In this document: positions 1-12,460 of the stretch, in pieces
How positions within the stretch are numbered: the first letter of the stretch is position 1
Layout of the letters: each line of letters opens with the position of its first letter
Assembly: GCA_951406725.2 (NCBI GenBank)
Contig: OX597814.1
Location: 63,922,001-63,986,000, forward strand
From: Octopus vulgaris
Lineage: Eukaryota
Reading direction: 5' to 3'
DNA: 64,000 nt
The notes under the pieces: model-generated
Database searches by the model: none
What the model was told of the DNA's origin: nothing
The model's input: the letters and a program-made list of their open reading frames with translations, nothing else
Position numbers and translations under genes: made by a program

Positions 1-960
1 GTTGTAGGGCACGTTGAAAGCCTACATCAATTAGTTCCTGGTAATGAGTTTATCCTTTAGTTCATGAAGTCGTGTGTACCTGGTGTCTGTATTAGAAACT
101 ATAGTACAAATCTTTTTGCTAGGTTGAAAGGGATATTCATTCTAGTTTGTCTGGAGTAGCATGTGCTGAACGGTAGACATTGCTTGGAGTCCGTGGGCTT
201 ATAGTATATATCACTTTCTATTTTGTTGTTGGATTTCTTCATGAGGATGTCGAGGAATGGATGTTGTTGATTGCTATATTCCATCATAAATTGAATGTTT
301 ACGTCGAGTCCATTTATAAGTGCTTGAAATTCTTTAAGTCTTTCTATACTTTCATGCCAAAGAATGAAACAGTCATCCAGGTACCTCTTCCAGTTATTTT
401 ATATGTAGAGGGAGAATGGGTTGACGTATATTTCTAGTACCTTACGATAAAGATTTCCCACGGCTAGTTTAGCAAACGAGGGGGCCATTCTCGTACCCAT
501 CGCAGTCCCCGACTTTGATCGATAGAATTTGTATTTGAAGAAAAGAAAGTAGTTATTGCTCTTCTATTACGAATTCTGTTTCCATGCGATATGGGAGTTC
601 ATTGGAGTAATTCTCTAACCAGACTGTGAGGGAATATTAAAATATAGGTTGACTATATCGAATGTTACTAGTAGGGTATATTTGTTTATTGTTTTAGGAG
701 GGTGATTGAGCATATCTAGGTCATCCCATATGTAGCTTTTGATATGCTTGAGGAATGACTTTAAGGGGGTATCTAAAAAGTTATTGAGTCTATGGGTTTC
801 GCATGTTATTATAGGTCTTAATTTGAGGTCATTTGGAGTAGGGACCTTGTTTATTATGTCTGTGGCTATCCTGCATGCGTTTCTTATTTTTTGTGTATCT
901 TAGGAAGGAATACCGCGGAATTCACTGGATTTACTTTTGAAGCTAATCATATAATCGTAT
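1..960 (-). mobile_element. Decayed Penelope-like element, reverse transcriptase fragment
   Basis: Minus-strand RT motifs in broken frames: LLVTFDIVNLYFNIP (~630-675), GTAMGTRMAPSFA (~470-510), WKRYLDDCFILW (~357-393), PFLDI..SDIYYKPTDSKQ (ORF 99..287). Confidence 0.85.
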
Positions 961-1075
961 TCCTTGTCGGTGAGCCCTTCTCTGTATAGGCTTAACAATC
1001 AAAACCAAGAACTCATACAAAATATTCTTTTAGGACTGCTACTACCTACTACCTGCTGCCAAGCCTTCACAAGAG

Positions 1076-1124
<49 letters not shown>

Positions 1125-1589
1125 GAGAGATAGAAACAGAGAGATAGAAACAGAGAGACAGAAAAAATGAAAATGTCCCTTGTTTTTGAAAACTATGGAA
1201 ATATTTTTTAAAAACATTTAATTTAATTGTCTTTCATGCTTTACTCTAAGTTGAAAAAGTCGCAAAGACTGAAACCAGTACTAAAATGTTCTTCATGATA
1301 AAATTATTGTAGCATTTTCTACCTTGTATTATTTTCGTTTTATATATATATATCAGGTTGAGTAAAACGTAAGCAACGATTTGAACTATGAAGAATTTGT
1401 ATCATATTTTTTGCAGAGTTTTGAAAATTTTTAAAACATTTTTTTGACAGTTGTTTGATAATACATACATAGACTTGCCCAAATGCATCAATAAATTAAC
1501 ATTGACATTTTCTCATAGTTGTTGCAATCATCATTTTGCTGATTGTTTGACTTTGTTATATTGTTTGCTTTTGTTGTGTTTTCTCCACC

Positions 1590-2030
1590 AGAGGTGGCGA
1601 AAATTACAGTGAGCATGGAGGAAGTGCGTGCCGGGATGTACGCTTCCGTATTATAATATTGTTACGACTGTAAAACACCTTAAAGTCAGAGAGGTGCCTG
1701 TGGACTTCTTCGAGACAGTGAAGAACAGTAGAGAATTGTTACAAAGAGAAGGGTCCAAATTAAAATTCATACCGCCAGAAGAAGCAACAAGAGACAAGAA
1801 TGAGAAAACAGTTGTCTACAGAACCCTCTCATTAGCAACCAAGAAAATTGAGATAGCGAAAGAGGAAGAGTTGGAAAAATGCTTAAAAGAAATAAGTAAT
1901 ATAGAATTTTGCTGTAGAGGAAGCAAGTTTGGCACAGTGGAGGTGCACTTCCTGACTGTGGAGGAGGCAGCAAGACACTCCACTGTAGCCTTGAAATCGG
2001 AAAAATGGGCACTACTGCCAACTTGTTCAT
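1590..2030 (+). mobile_element. Probable LINE ORF1-like (RRM-type) fragment
   Basis: Non-repetitive reading frame in ORF 1628..2116 (..TVVYRTLS..KFGTVEVHFLTVEEA..) resembling RRM-like ORF1s; no splice context seen. Confidence 0.35.
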
Positions 2031-2291
2031 TGTTTTGGTCCCATTCCTTGATAGGTTCTTACTGGTGTCCCCACAGTGGAAGCAATATTATTGCTAATGG
2101 CCGTAATTGCGTTTGACCCTCTGGCTGATATCTGATGAAGAGTTGGTGACCTTCTATGCTTTCTACGCTTGTGTATTTAGTATATGTTCGATTATTTATT
2201 TGCTACGCGTTTTTTCAGTTATACATATTAGAGAGGTATGTCGTTTGTTGTCTTTTTATTTAATTCTGAAAAACAAATATATATACATATA

Positions 2292-2438
<147 letters not shown>

Positions 2439-2548
2439 TTATAATTAAGGGTATTTAAAAGATATCATCTCAAACCACATCAAATATTCATACAGCACCG
2501 GGAGAGAAGACAAAAGAGACAAGAAAACTGGCAAAAAGTTATTGGATG

Positions 2549-2606
2549 ATTCCAAATCCAGGATTTCTGGATTTGCATAAGAAATGATTTGCCTCATCAG
2601 TGGAAT
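2549..2606 (-). ncRNA. Candidate type I hammerhead ribozyme (Penelope pLTR-associated)
   Basis: Minus strand: ATTCCA-CTGATGA-gg..cca-GAAA-TCCTGGA-TT|TGGAAT; perfect 6-bp helix I, palindromic helix III, weak helix II; lies just 3' of a same-strand Penelope RT fragment. Confidence 0.5.
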
Positions 2607-2644
2607 ATACACAAAATGGTACAAATATATATATATATATATAT

Positions 2645-3071
2645 CGACAAGTAGATCGCGTATGTTACGGGCGCGTTTGAAGGAGGGCAAGGGTGGGTTG
2701 GAGAAAATAGTGAGGGTGGTAGGATCTAGTTGAAGGTGACTGAATATCCATAGGATCTTCCGACGAGGGATAGGGTAGAGGGGTTGAAAAGAAGAGGACA
2801 GGGAATGCGGTTAGGGGTTCGATGTTGGGAAGATATTAGGGCGGTAGTGTGATCGATTTGATGAGCGCGAGTAAGGGCAATTTGGACAAGGGTTGATGGG
2901 TATCCGTGACGCATGAACAAGGGGACCTGGTGCCGGCTGCACGGGCGTCAGTGGCGGAGGAACTGGGAATAGGTAATGGTCTGTTTAGAGTGAAAAGGAT
3001 GGGAGGAGGAAAGGGAGGAGTCCGTCAGCTTGAAGAAGGCGGAGATAGTGAGAGATTAGGTAAGGGGATCA

Positions 3072-3113
<42 letters not shown>

Positions 3114-3650
3114 AGTTTACGGAAGTATCAGAGATGGCAGAGGTGAATTCGATAGAAGAGTGGAAGTTAGAAACGAAAGAGATGGAATTGGACAGCTGTC
3201 TGCGGGAAGGGAGGTGATGCCTATACAGTCGTCTATATGGCGACCGTATAACTCTGGGGTTAGTGCGGAGAACTGTGAGAAGATTTGCGCCTCAATGTAA
3301 CCAACAATTAAGTTGGCAAAACTGGGGCCCATTCTCGTTCCTATAGTGACGCTAGAAAATGCTGGTAAATCTCTCCTGCGAACGTATAGCAGTTGAGTGT
3401 GACGACGGGTTCTGTTAGGCGGAGAAGTGTGGAGGTGCTGCGTGTGGGATCGGGGCGACGGTTGGGGAAGTATTCGAGTGCTAAGAGGCCGTCGTTGTGG
3501 TGGATCACAAGGTACAAGGATTTTATGTCCAAAGTAGGATGGAGGCGCGAAAGGCTGGGAGGGAAGGAGACGGAATTGAAGAGGTGAAGGGCGTCGTTGG
3601 TGTCATGTACATGAGACGGGAGGGCAACGATTAAGGGGGAGAGGATGAAG
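2645..3650 (-). mobile_element. Decayed Penelope-like element, RT fragment (second family)
   Basis: TLDIKSLY, MGPSFANLIVGYIE, YGRHIDDCIG, FMRHGYP, FKRARNIRDLLV motifs in successive minus-strand frames. Confidence 0.85.
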
Positions 3651-3689
3651 TCAGTATATATATATATATATATAGGGAGAGAGAGAGAA

Positions 3690-3737
<48 letters not shown>

Positions 3738-3775
3738 CATGTGAGTATATATGTGTATATATATATATATATATA

Positions 3776-4004
3776 TAAAATCCGCGACCTGTTCACTGAC
3801 AAAAATCCGCACGGATTTTTGTTAGTGAACAGGTCGCGGATTTTAGCGACGAAAATATTTTGACAAATTAAACTTAAATGTTGAAGTGAATCGAACGGCT
3901 TTTGTGTGTTTCTCAAATGGCTTACAAACACCTTCCACGCTGCAATTGTTTTCGTTTCAGTACACGATCTCAGATCAAATCACTTGCTATGCGAGTACAT
4001 CCCC
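3776..4004. repeat. Unclassified ~200-bp interspersed repeat with a 34-bp terminal hairpin (copy 1)
   Basis: Near-identical to 45488-45681; arms 3776-3809 and 3812-3845 are inverted with one mismatch; (TA)n on both sides. Confidence 0.8.
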
Positions 4005-4328
4005 GTAATATATATATATATATATGTATATATATGTGTGTGTGTGTGCGCGCGCGCGCGTACGCGTCAAGCTATCTGCGTGTACGCGTTTTTACATGTG
4101 GGTCTGTCCTCGCGTGCGTGTGTTTTTCTATGTATGTACGCGCGCGTTTATGTTATACTTTGTGTTTTTTATTTATTTATTTCTTGCTTGTAAAACTAAA
4201 AATATATGTCCTTCAATATTAATTAATTAAATGCTCAACTACATGCATGCGTGCATGTATACATACATTTTACATTCATATAAACATACAAACGCACGTG
4301 TTTGAATGTGTATATATCTTATGCTCTC

Positions 4329-4378
<50 letters not shown>

Positions 4379-4382
4379 CGTG

Positions 4383-4759
4383 GCACTCCGTCGGTTATGA
4401 TGACAAGGGTTCCAGTTGATAAGATCAACGGAACAGCTAGCTCGTGAAATTAACGTGCAAGTGGCTGAGCACTCCACAGACACGTGTACCGTTAACGTAG
4501 TTCTCGGAGAGCTTCAGCGTGACACAGAGTGTGACAAGGAAAGCCCTTTGAAATACATGTACAACAGAAACAGTAAGAGAGAGTGAAAGAATATTTTAGT
4601 GAAAGAGTACAGCAGGGTTTTCCACCGCCCTCTGCCGGAGCCTCATGGAACTTTATGTGTTTTCGCTCAATAAGCACTAAGAACGCCGATATGGGAATCG
4701 AAACCACGATCCTACGACCGCGATGCCCGCTGGCCTAACCACTGGGCCATTGCGCCTCC
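4383..4759 (-). mobile_element. tRNA-derived SINE, family 1, tail type a
   Basis: Head GGAGGCGCAATGGCCCAGTGGTTAG..GGTTTCGATTCCC (A/B boxes); matches 17216-17573 over its length. Confidence 0.85.
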
Positions 4760-4793
4760 ACGTACACACGCATATATATATATATATATATAA

Positions 4794-4889
<96 letters not shown>

Positions 4890-5419
4890 ATGTATGTATG
4901 TATGTATGTATGTATGCATGTATATGTATGTGTGTGTATGCGTGCGTGCATGTGTGTATGCGCGCGTGCGTATTTCCGTAACTTGTTATTCTAAATTATT
5001 GATTTGCAGTTATTGCTCTGATTATATTAGTTATAAAATTTTTGTTCGTAATTTCAAGTGTAAATATGATTTGTTACGCGCAGAATACATTTCGTGTACT
5101 AGCATTCTCTTCTGTTTCTTTTTTCTTAGTATTCATATATTCATTTTTTTTTTTTTATTTTAGTCGTAGTTCAAGTTTGTTCGAGTAAATTATCAAAGGT
5201 GTTCCGAGCAAAAACCAATCCCTTTATAATAGTTTACAAACTTAAATGCATTTACATAAAAAAAAAATGCCGCTTTCTTTCGTATTCAAAACGAAAGCGT
5301 GGTCATTTAGAAGCATCTTCCTGCTATTTCTACCATTTCAAGATATTTTACTGTCATATTCTCAAACCATTCGATTAAGGCCTCCGCGCTGGCCCGTGGC
5401 CTTGGTACCGTTGCCTGTT

Positions 5420-5455
<36 letters not shown>

Positions 5456-5689
5456 CGTGTGCGTGTGTGCGTGCGTGTACACGCGTGTGTGCGCGCGCAT
5501 GTGTGCGTGCGTATGTGTGCGTTATGGGAGTGTCAACACATGTACATGTTGTCATGTTGTTAGTGCCGTTGTTGAGACGGTGTTATAGTGTTGGCCAGTG
5601 ATAGAAGTACCTGTTGTAGTACGCCTTCCTTTGTTGTTTGTTCTTGTAGCTGTAGCTATTGTTACTCCCGTGTTGTTGGTTGCATAGCT

Positions 5690-5690
5690 A

Positions 5691-5732
<42 letters not shown>

Positions 5733-5864
5733 GTGATGACGATGATAATTGTGGTGGTAGCGATGGTGGGGACTGTATGGATGTTATCCAACTTATAGCG
5801 ATAATTTGAAAAGATTTGATGCTTTTAGTGCAGTTTTGCGGTAGTAGTAGTAGTAGTGGTAGTG

Positions 5865-5929
<65 letters not shown>

Positions 5930-6013
5930 CGCGGTGGTGGTGGTGGTGGTGGTGGCGGCGGCGGTGGTGGTGGTGGTGGTGGTGGGTTTGGAGGAGGAGG
6001 AGGAGGAGGTTTC

Positions 6014-6044
<31 letters not shown>

Positions 6045-6431
6045 TTGGTTGTGGTTGTGGTGGTGCTGGTCTTTACGGAAATGGCAAGGGGATAGCGTGG
6101 TTGTTGTCCTATTAATAAAGGTGATGATGTTGGCGAGGTTAGTAGAGGCAGTAAGGATCGTCAGTAGTTGTAGTACTAATTCTAGTAGTAGTAGCAGCAG
6201 CAGCAGCAGCTAGTGTTAGCAACAGTTATAATGATAGGTGTAACTGAAGTGGTGTAGTGGTTGTAATTGACGAGGACGACGACGACGATGATGATGATGA
6301 TGGGAGGGTACTAAGTCCTGTCTGTAGCACTCTATAGTAATAGTTGCGGCAGTGATACGCACAGTGGTCCTGGTGGTGGTGGTGGCGATGGTGGAAGTGA
6401 TTATGGGATGTAGAAGACGACGTCGGTAGTG

Positions 6432-6494
<63 letters not shown>

Positions 6495-6530
6495 ATAATT
6501 TGTGGTAGTGGTTGTTGATGTAGGGTTACA
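5690..6530. repeat. Compound trinucleotide microsatellite block (GAT/GTA/GGT/GGA)n
   Basis: Directly visible tracts, e.g. (GAT)n 5692-5745, (GTA)n 5841-5928 and 6426-6492, (GGT)n 5933-5984. Confidence 0.95.
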
Positions 6531-6607
6531 GTGGTAGTGAGGGTGTTGATCGTATGAATGATAATGAGTGTGAGTGAGATGGCGGTGAGAGAGAGGAAAC
6601 AATAATA

Positions 6608-6656
<49 letters not shown>

Positions 6657-7730
6657 GAAGGAAGGAAGGAAGAGAGAAAGAGAGAATTAAAGGAAGAAGC
6701 AAGCGCACGTAAAAAAAAAAGAATTACAATACAATACAGGCGGAGGGAAGACGAGAGAAAAATAATACAAAAACAAAGCAAAAGACCGACAGAGAAAAAT
6801 AAAATAAAATAAAATAAGGAGAAATATATTATACGAAGAAAGAAGGAGAAAGAAGAAAGATGAAAAAAAGAAAGGAAAACTGAAAAGAAAAGAAGAAAAG
6901 GAAGCATATGTTCCGTGGTGAGAAGAAGGCTGACTTTTCATGACACTCGGAGACTCGAGCGTGTAAACTACCTTAGAATGTGCAGAGTGGGAAACCAGCA
7001 CTGCTCTGTCCGGAATAATGGGTCGACAGCAACTAAACCGGCGGTAATAATGGTCTCTCTGCTCCAACAGCAACAGCACAGGCGACGACGGAATACCCAC
7101 CCCAACTGCCGCCGATACAACAATATTCACCACCGATACCATCGACGGCGGCGGCGGCGGCGTCGACGACGACGAAGACGATGGCGACGCACACGGCGAA
7201 GACGCTATCGCCACCACCATCATCACCACAATCATTATTACCATCATCACCACCACCACTGCAACCATCGCTTTCATCGCCACTACTACAACTACCACCA
7301 AGTTCACCGCCCCCTGTGCCGCCACCGCCGCTACCATCGGCGCCAACATAAGAACGACCACCGACATCACCATAGTCATTACCGATATCAATACAATCAT
7401 CACCGCTGTCATCACCACTTCCACAGTCTCCATCACCACCACCATCACCAGCAGCAACAAGAGCAACAAAAACAACAACAACAACAAGCAAAACAATATT
7501 TTCATCGTAGCCACCACCACCACTGTCACTGCCACTACCATAAACACAGCCGAAAATACAATAACCACAACGACAACCACAAACACAATCACCATTACAA
7601 CCTCAATCACAAGCAGGAGCAAAATCAACAACAACAACAACTGCAATCAAAATATTACCGTCATCAAAGACACTACCACAAACAGTACCAGCGTCAGCAT
7701 CACCACCACCACCACCACCCTACTACAGCG

Positions 7731-10700
7731 ATGTGTTTCTTGGCAATAGTAGCTGTGGTGGCGGTGACGACGTCAGCGGCCGTCATCAGAGTACCTGTTC
7801 TACCGACGTCAACTTTACTACACTCTACTACTACTACTACTATACCAACGACAACAAAAACTGCTAGTGATACTACTGCAACCAATACTACCACTAATAA
7901 TACTAATACCTATATTTCTATTACAACTTCTTCACCTACTATCGCTACCAGTGCGACTACTACAACTATTATTACTATTGATGCTGTTGTTGTCGTTGAT
8001 GCTACAGGTGTTGAAAAGAAAACTGCTACAAAAACAACAGCTACTACTACTACTACTACTACTATCATCTCCACCACCACCACTACTGCAGCTACTACCA
8101 ATACTGAAAAAAATACTACAACTTTTACTACTGAAAAGTCTACTGTTACCCCTACAGGAACTGGTAACATTATTATTACTACTGTTACATGTAATTCTAG
8201 TGAGACAATATCGTTTGCTGGCATTAATTTACCGAAAAAAGCGGGTCTCACCTGTACTTCTACACCGTTAACTGGCGCGACATGTCCCACTACCGATCAT
8301 ATTAGCGCTACTGTTGCTGCTGTCGCTACCACCACCACCTCTACCACTACCACCACCACCACCATCACCACCACCACCACCACCGCCACTACCACAACCA
8401 CCACTACCACCACCACCACCACTACTACTACTACTGGTTCAGCCAATGGAATGAATGATGATGATGATGGGAATAAGATTACCAATTCTCATGCTAACGT
8501 TTCTAATATTACTGTTATCTTTCTCAAAGCAACTTCTATCAAATGGAATTGGAATTATATTGTTAAAAGTTCTTTCATGTATAACTACAATGTTACAAAG
8601 AGGGATACATGTTTTAAGCTGTCAACTTTCTTTAATGAATTTATTGACAGGAAAGAAATCAAAGAGAGTGGAAAGTTTGTTGAGTTCAAAATGTGTTCCG
8701 ATTACTGTCGTATGATGGAGGAAATATTGTCAAAAAATGCAGTTCGGACAAGAAATTCTTACCTGGCGTCCACAAAAATGTCGATTCGCAAGATACCAGA
8801 TTCGGTATTGATGGAAGATTGGAAAATGAAACGAGAATCACAGTCAGATGGAGATGGATTCCTTGATAACGAGAGATATACAACAAAAACCCACTGGAGG
8901 GGCATTAAGAATTTACTCGAAATATATAAGATAACTGGATTAAAAAACTCAGAATCATCTCAATCGTATAAGTGGAAAACTGTCGACTGCTGGGGGCGAA
9001 TACTTGAAACGAAACATATAGCATTAGTAGATCGCTCAGAAAGTCATCATGGAAACACAATAATCGTCAAAAAACTATTGCATGGATGGACCAATGATAT
9101 AACTTGTAACACGACACGAACATTCAATGAGTCGAAAAATATTACTTTTCCGTTATTGCAACAATGTTTAAAAAGATGGCCGACCCAAAAGCAATTAAAA
9201 AGAATGCGTGGATTACATTACATAGAATGTCAAGATGTAGTTGATGACCATGTGTTGTTTATAAAATACCACAAAGTATCCTCGAAGAAATATTTTGTTA
9301 CAAAAATTACTCCTTTAAGAAATCCTAGTTATGGACATTGGATTGATTGTAAAGACAAAGTTAAAATAATCCAATTACTTAAGATAGACCGATCCATTGT
9401 TTCTTCACATGACAATCAGAAGAAATTAAGAAATGAGGGGAAATTGGAACACGAAAGTACTTCACATACACTGTCTGCATCAAATTCTGATGATAAAAAT
9501 AATAAGCAATCACAAGCATTTAATAAAAAGTACCCTCACTGGAATAAGACAAATGCCATCAGAAAAGTGATCAATTTTGGAAATTGTCTTGTGAGAGTCA
9601 AAGATTCGAAGGACTATCTTGATGTTGAAACTAAAATCTTTAGAAATTCAAATAACAAAATTCTGAAAATCTGTTTTCAAGATAGAGGAAGTCATAAAGA
9701 AGGATTACTTGTGGAAAGTAACCAGTTTTGGACACTATCAAATGGAAATAAAAAGAATCACACTGAAAAATGGAATTATGGAAACTTGGTCCATTCTGTG
9801 GCTATTTCTTCAAAGGACGTGAAAGATGGTGGCACGCGTAATGTTATATGCAACAGCTGTGATAAGAGTAATGCCGGTGATGATGTAAAAGATGTAGAGG
9901 AGAGAAATTTTGGAAAATTTAGAGAATCAAGGGTTCCGAGAAGTGTTACTGAAAGTAAACATAGTCAAAAATATTACGGGATTTCTGAGAGAATGAAATA
10001 TTTTAGATTTAAAGATATATATTTCACTGACCAGGTAACTAAACAAAACTATGAAACTACTCACAGAAACAATGCTTTCAGAATAAACTCGAGAACAGTA
10101 TGCAGATTTAATGAAAACGCAACGTTTTACAACATCCGCTTGAATAAGAATTTTTCTTCGCGTAATGAAACTGGATTTTACCAGGGTGATGAAAATATTT
10201 TTTACAACAAATACGATCACGACATGCATAAGCATAGACATAAGGATATGAATGACACAAGTACATACTGGATTGATTATGCACAGTACAAGGAAGAAGA
10301 ACGATATAACAGACTTATGAAATCATTGCATCTGCAATACCTTCCAGATTATCATTATGAACAGGAAGAACACAAAGGTGACTTTTATAGTGAACAAGAC
10401 AGCGGGGTTCCAAAATATTTTATCGAAAGACAACGACTCCAAGATTCAGAAGGAAACTATCCGCATCATAGGACACCCAAGAAAAAGAACAAACCCTGCG
10501 GGAATCACGGCCGATATCCAAAGCACACAGGAGGATTGAAAAATCTTATTCATCATCCACAACAATATATAGAACCGATGCACACATCCAGAGGCATACG
10601 AGTTCGGTACGCACGAGATGTCAGACAATCGTCATCTACAGCTTCACTATTTCCCGGATATGGTTTCGGAAATGCAGCGTACTTTTCTGGAAACAGACAA

Positions 10701-10824
10701 CTTTTGCAACTAAAGTTAAAAAGAAAATATGGAATGTCAAAATCTATGATTCCAAGGCAACAATTTACCATTGAGTTCTGGATGAAACCCGAAGGAGGGC
10801 AACATAATCCTACCGTTATTATTG
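7731..10824 (+). CDS. PAPPA: Pappalysin (PAPP-A-like metzincin) first coding exon; alternative in-frame ATGs at 6978 and 7050
   Basis: C-terminal part AAYFSGNRQLLQL..IPRQQFTIEFWMKPEGGQHNPTVIIG matches the start of the pappalysin LamG-like domain (vertebrate ALYFSG..PRDAFTLQVWLRAEGGQRSPAVITG, from recall). It follows RVRYAR|D (10599-10619). Signal-like MCFLAIVAVVAVTTSAA starts at 7731. The frame ends at the donor G|GTGAGT. Confidence 0.88.
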
Positions 10825-10830
10825 GTGAGT
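10825..10830 (+). other. 5' splice donor (phase 1)
   Basis: ATT G|GTGAGT consensus donor; homology stops here and an in-frame TAA follows immediately. Confidence 0.9.
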
Positions 10831-11165
10831 AAAACAACATTGTATATTATTTTAGACTTGCATATGCATATTGTCTCTTAATATATTATATATATATAAA
10901 ACGTGACGGGATGCGTGTATACACCATTGAACAGGCCGAAAAGGGTTGAAATAATTAGTTAATTAGATGAAAAGTATAAAATTACACTTTTTTCCAGTTC
11001 TCAAAGCATTTCTTATATTTTTATTCACATATATAAATTTATTGTTGTGAAAACTCTTAACATTTTCGATATATAATAAGTGGTAACTCGTTAAGGGGCG
11101 AGCGGACAGCGGGAGAAATCTTCCAATGAATGATTCCCGTCAAACAGGTGCATCTGAAACTAAGG

Positions 11166-11499
11166 CAGTGGTTCTCAACCGAGGTCCTTATGGCCCTTGA
11201 GCGTCCATATAAGATTTTGGCGGGTTCACTCAACAAGATAGTAAACTGGAGATCGACAATAGTATCCCCTGGGAAAATGTTGCTTTAGATGTATGTATTG
11301 GTATATATTGTAAGAAACAGTTGTCTTTGAAATTTTTCATGACTCAACCTACAGAAGTTGATGTTTGAAAAACAAAGTAGGAATTTTGAAAAAATTTTCT
11401 GTAATACTAGTTTTCAAACACCAAATGGTAATGGGAATCCACCAGTATAAAATATGAATCAATGGGGTCAATATACAAATTAACGGTTGAGAGACCCTG
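11166..11499. mobile_element. hAT-type MITE
   Basis: TIRs CAGTGGTTCTCAACC / GGTTGAGAGACCCTG; 8-bp flanks AACTAAGG and CTCTAAGA match at 5/8 and resemble a Charlie-type target. Confidence 0.7.
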
Positions 11500-11789
11500 C
11501 TCTAAGAGAGCGGGGCCCGCCTAGGTCATGACTTCTAAATTTCCTCTTTCTGATTTCAAAAGGTAGTTTCGGTTGATCTTATTTCCCTGAGCTGTATTGT
11601 ACACCGCTCGGCTTCGAAGAGCACCGTAACACTTGCACTGCGGATCTATTTCAGTCTGGGGGGTTTTCTTATACGTACTATATAGGCACTCAAGTATGAG
11701 CCCAGAGCATGTTATAACGGAAACAACTGTAAGCTAATGAAGTTCATTAGATGATCTTTTTTTACCTTTGCTATCTCTTTTTCTAATAC

Positions 11790-11937
<148 letters not shown>

Positions 11938-12005
11938 GTACATACATACATGTATATTATAAATATATATGCATATTATATTTATATATATTCGTATATA
12001 TATAT

Positions 12006-12064
<59 letters not shown>

Positions 12065-12378
12065 TTGCGTGTATATCTATATGAGCGTATATGCATGGGT
12101 GTACGAATGCATGCATCTATGTATACATGTGTATGTTTATATACATATGTGTGTATGTATGTTGTGTGTGTGCGCGCGCGCGCGTGTGTATATATATGTT
12201 TGGGCACGCACGTGCAGAGGTTGTTGTGTAGTTGTTCATATAAGTGAGCATGATTAGGAAATGATTGTAGACACGTTGTTCCGTGTAGTTTTGTTTGTAT
12301 CGTATTTACATTGTATACAAATTTTTATATGCATAAGTTAGTTTATTGTATTTTAGTATTTACATAATTATATATGGA

Positions 12379-12423
<45 letters not shown>

Positions 12424-12424
12424 C

Positions 12425-12460
<36 letters not shown>

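Noticed and set aside
6687-7646. 319-aa hydrophobic antisense ORF overlapping the pappalysin 5' region
   Set aside because: Val/Met richness is the reverse reading of CAC/CAT repeats; no independent support.
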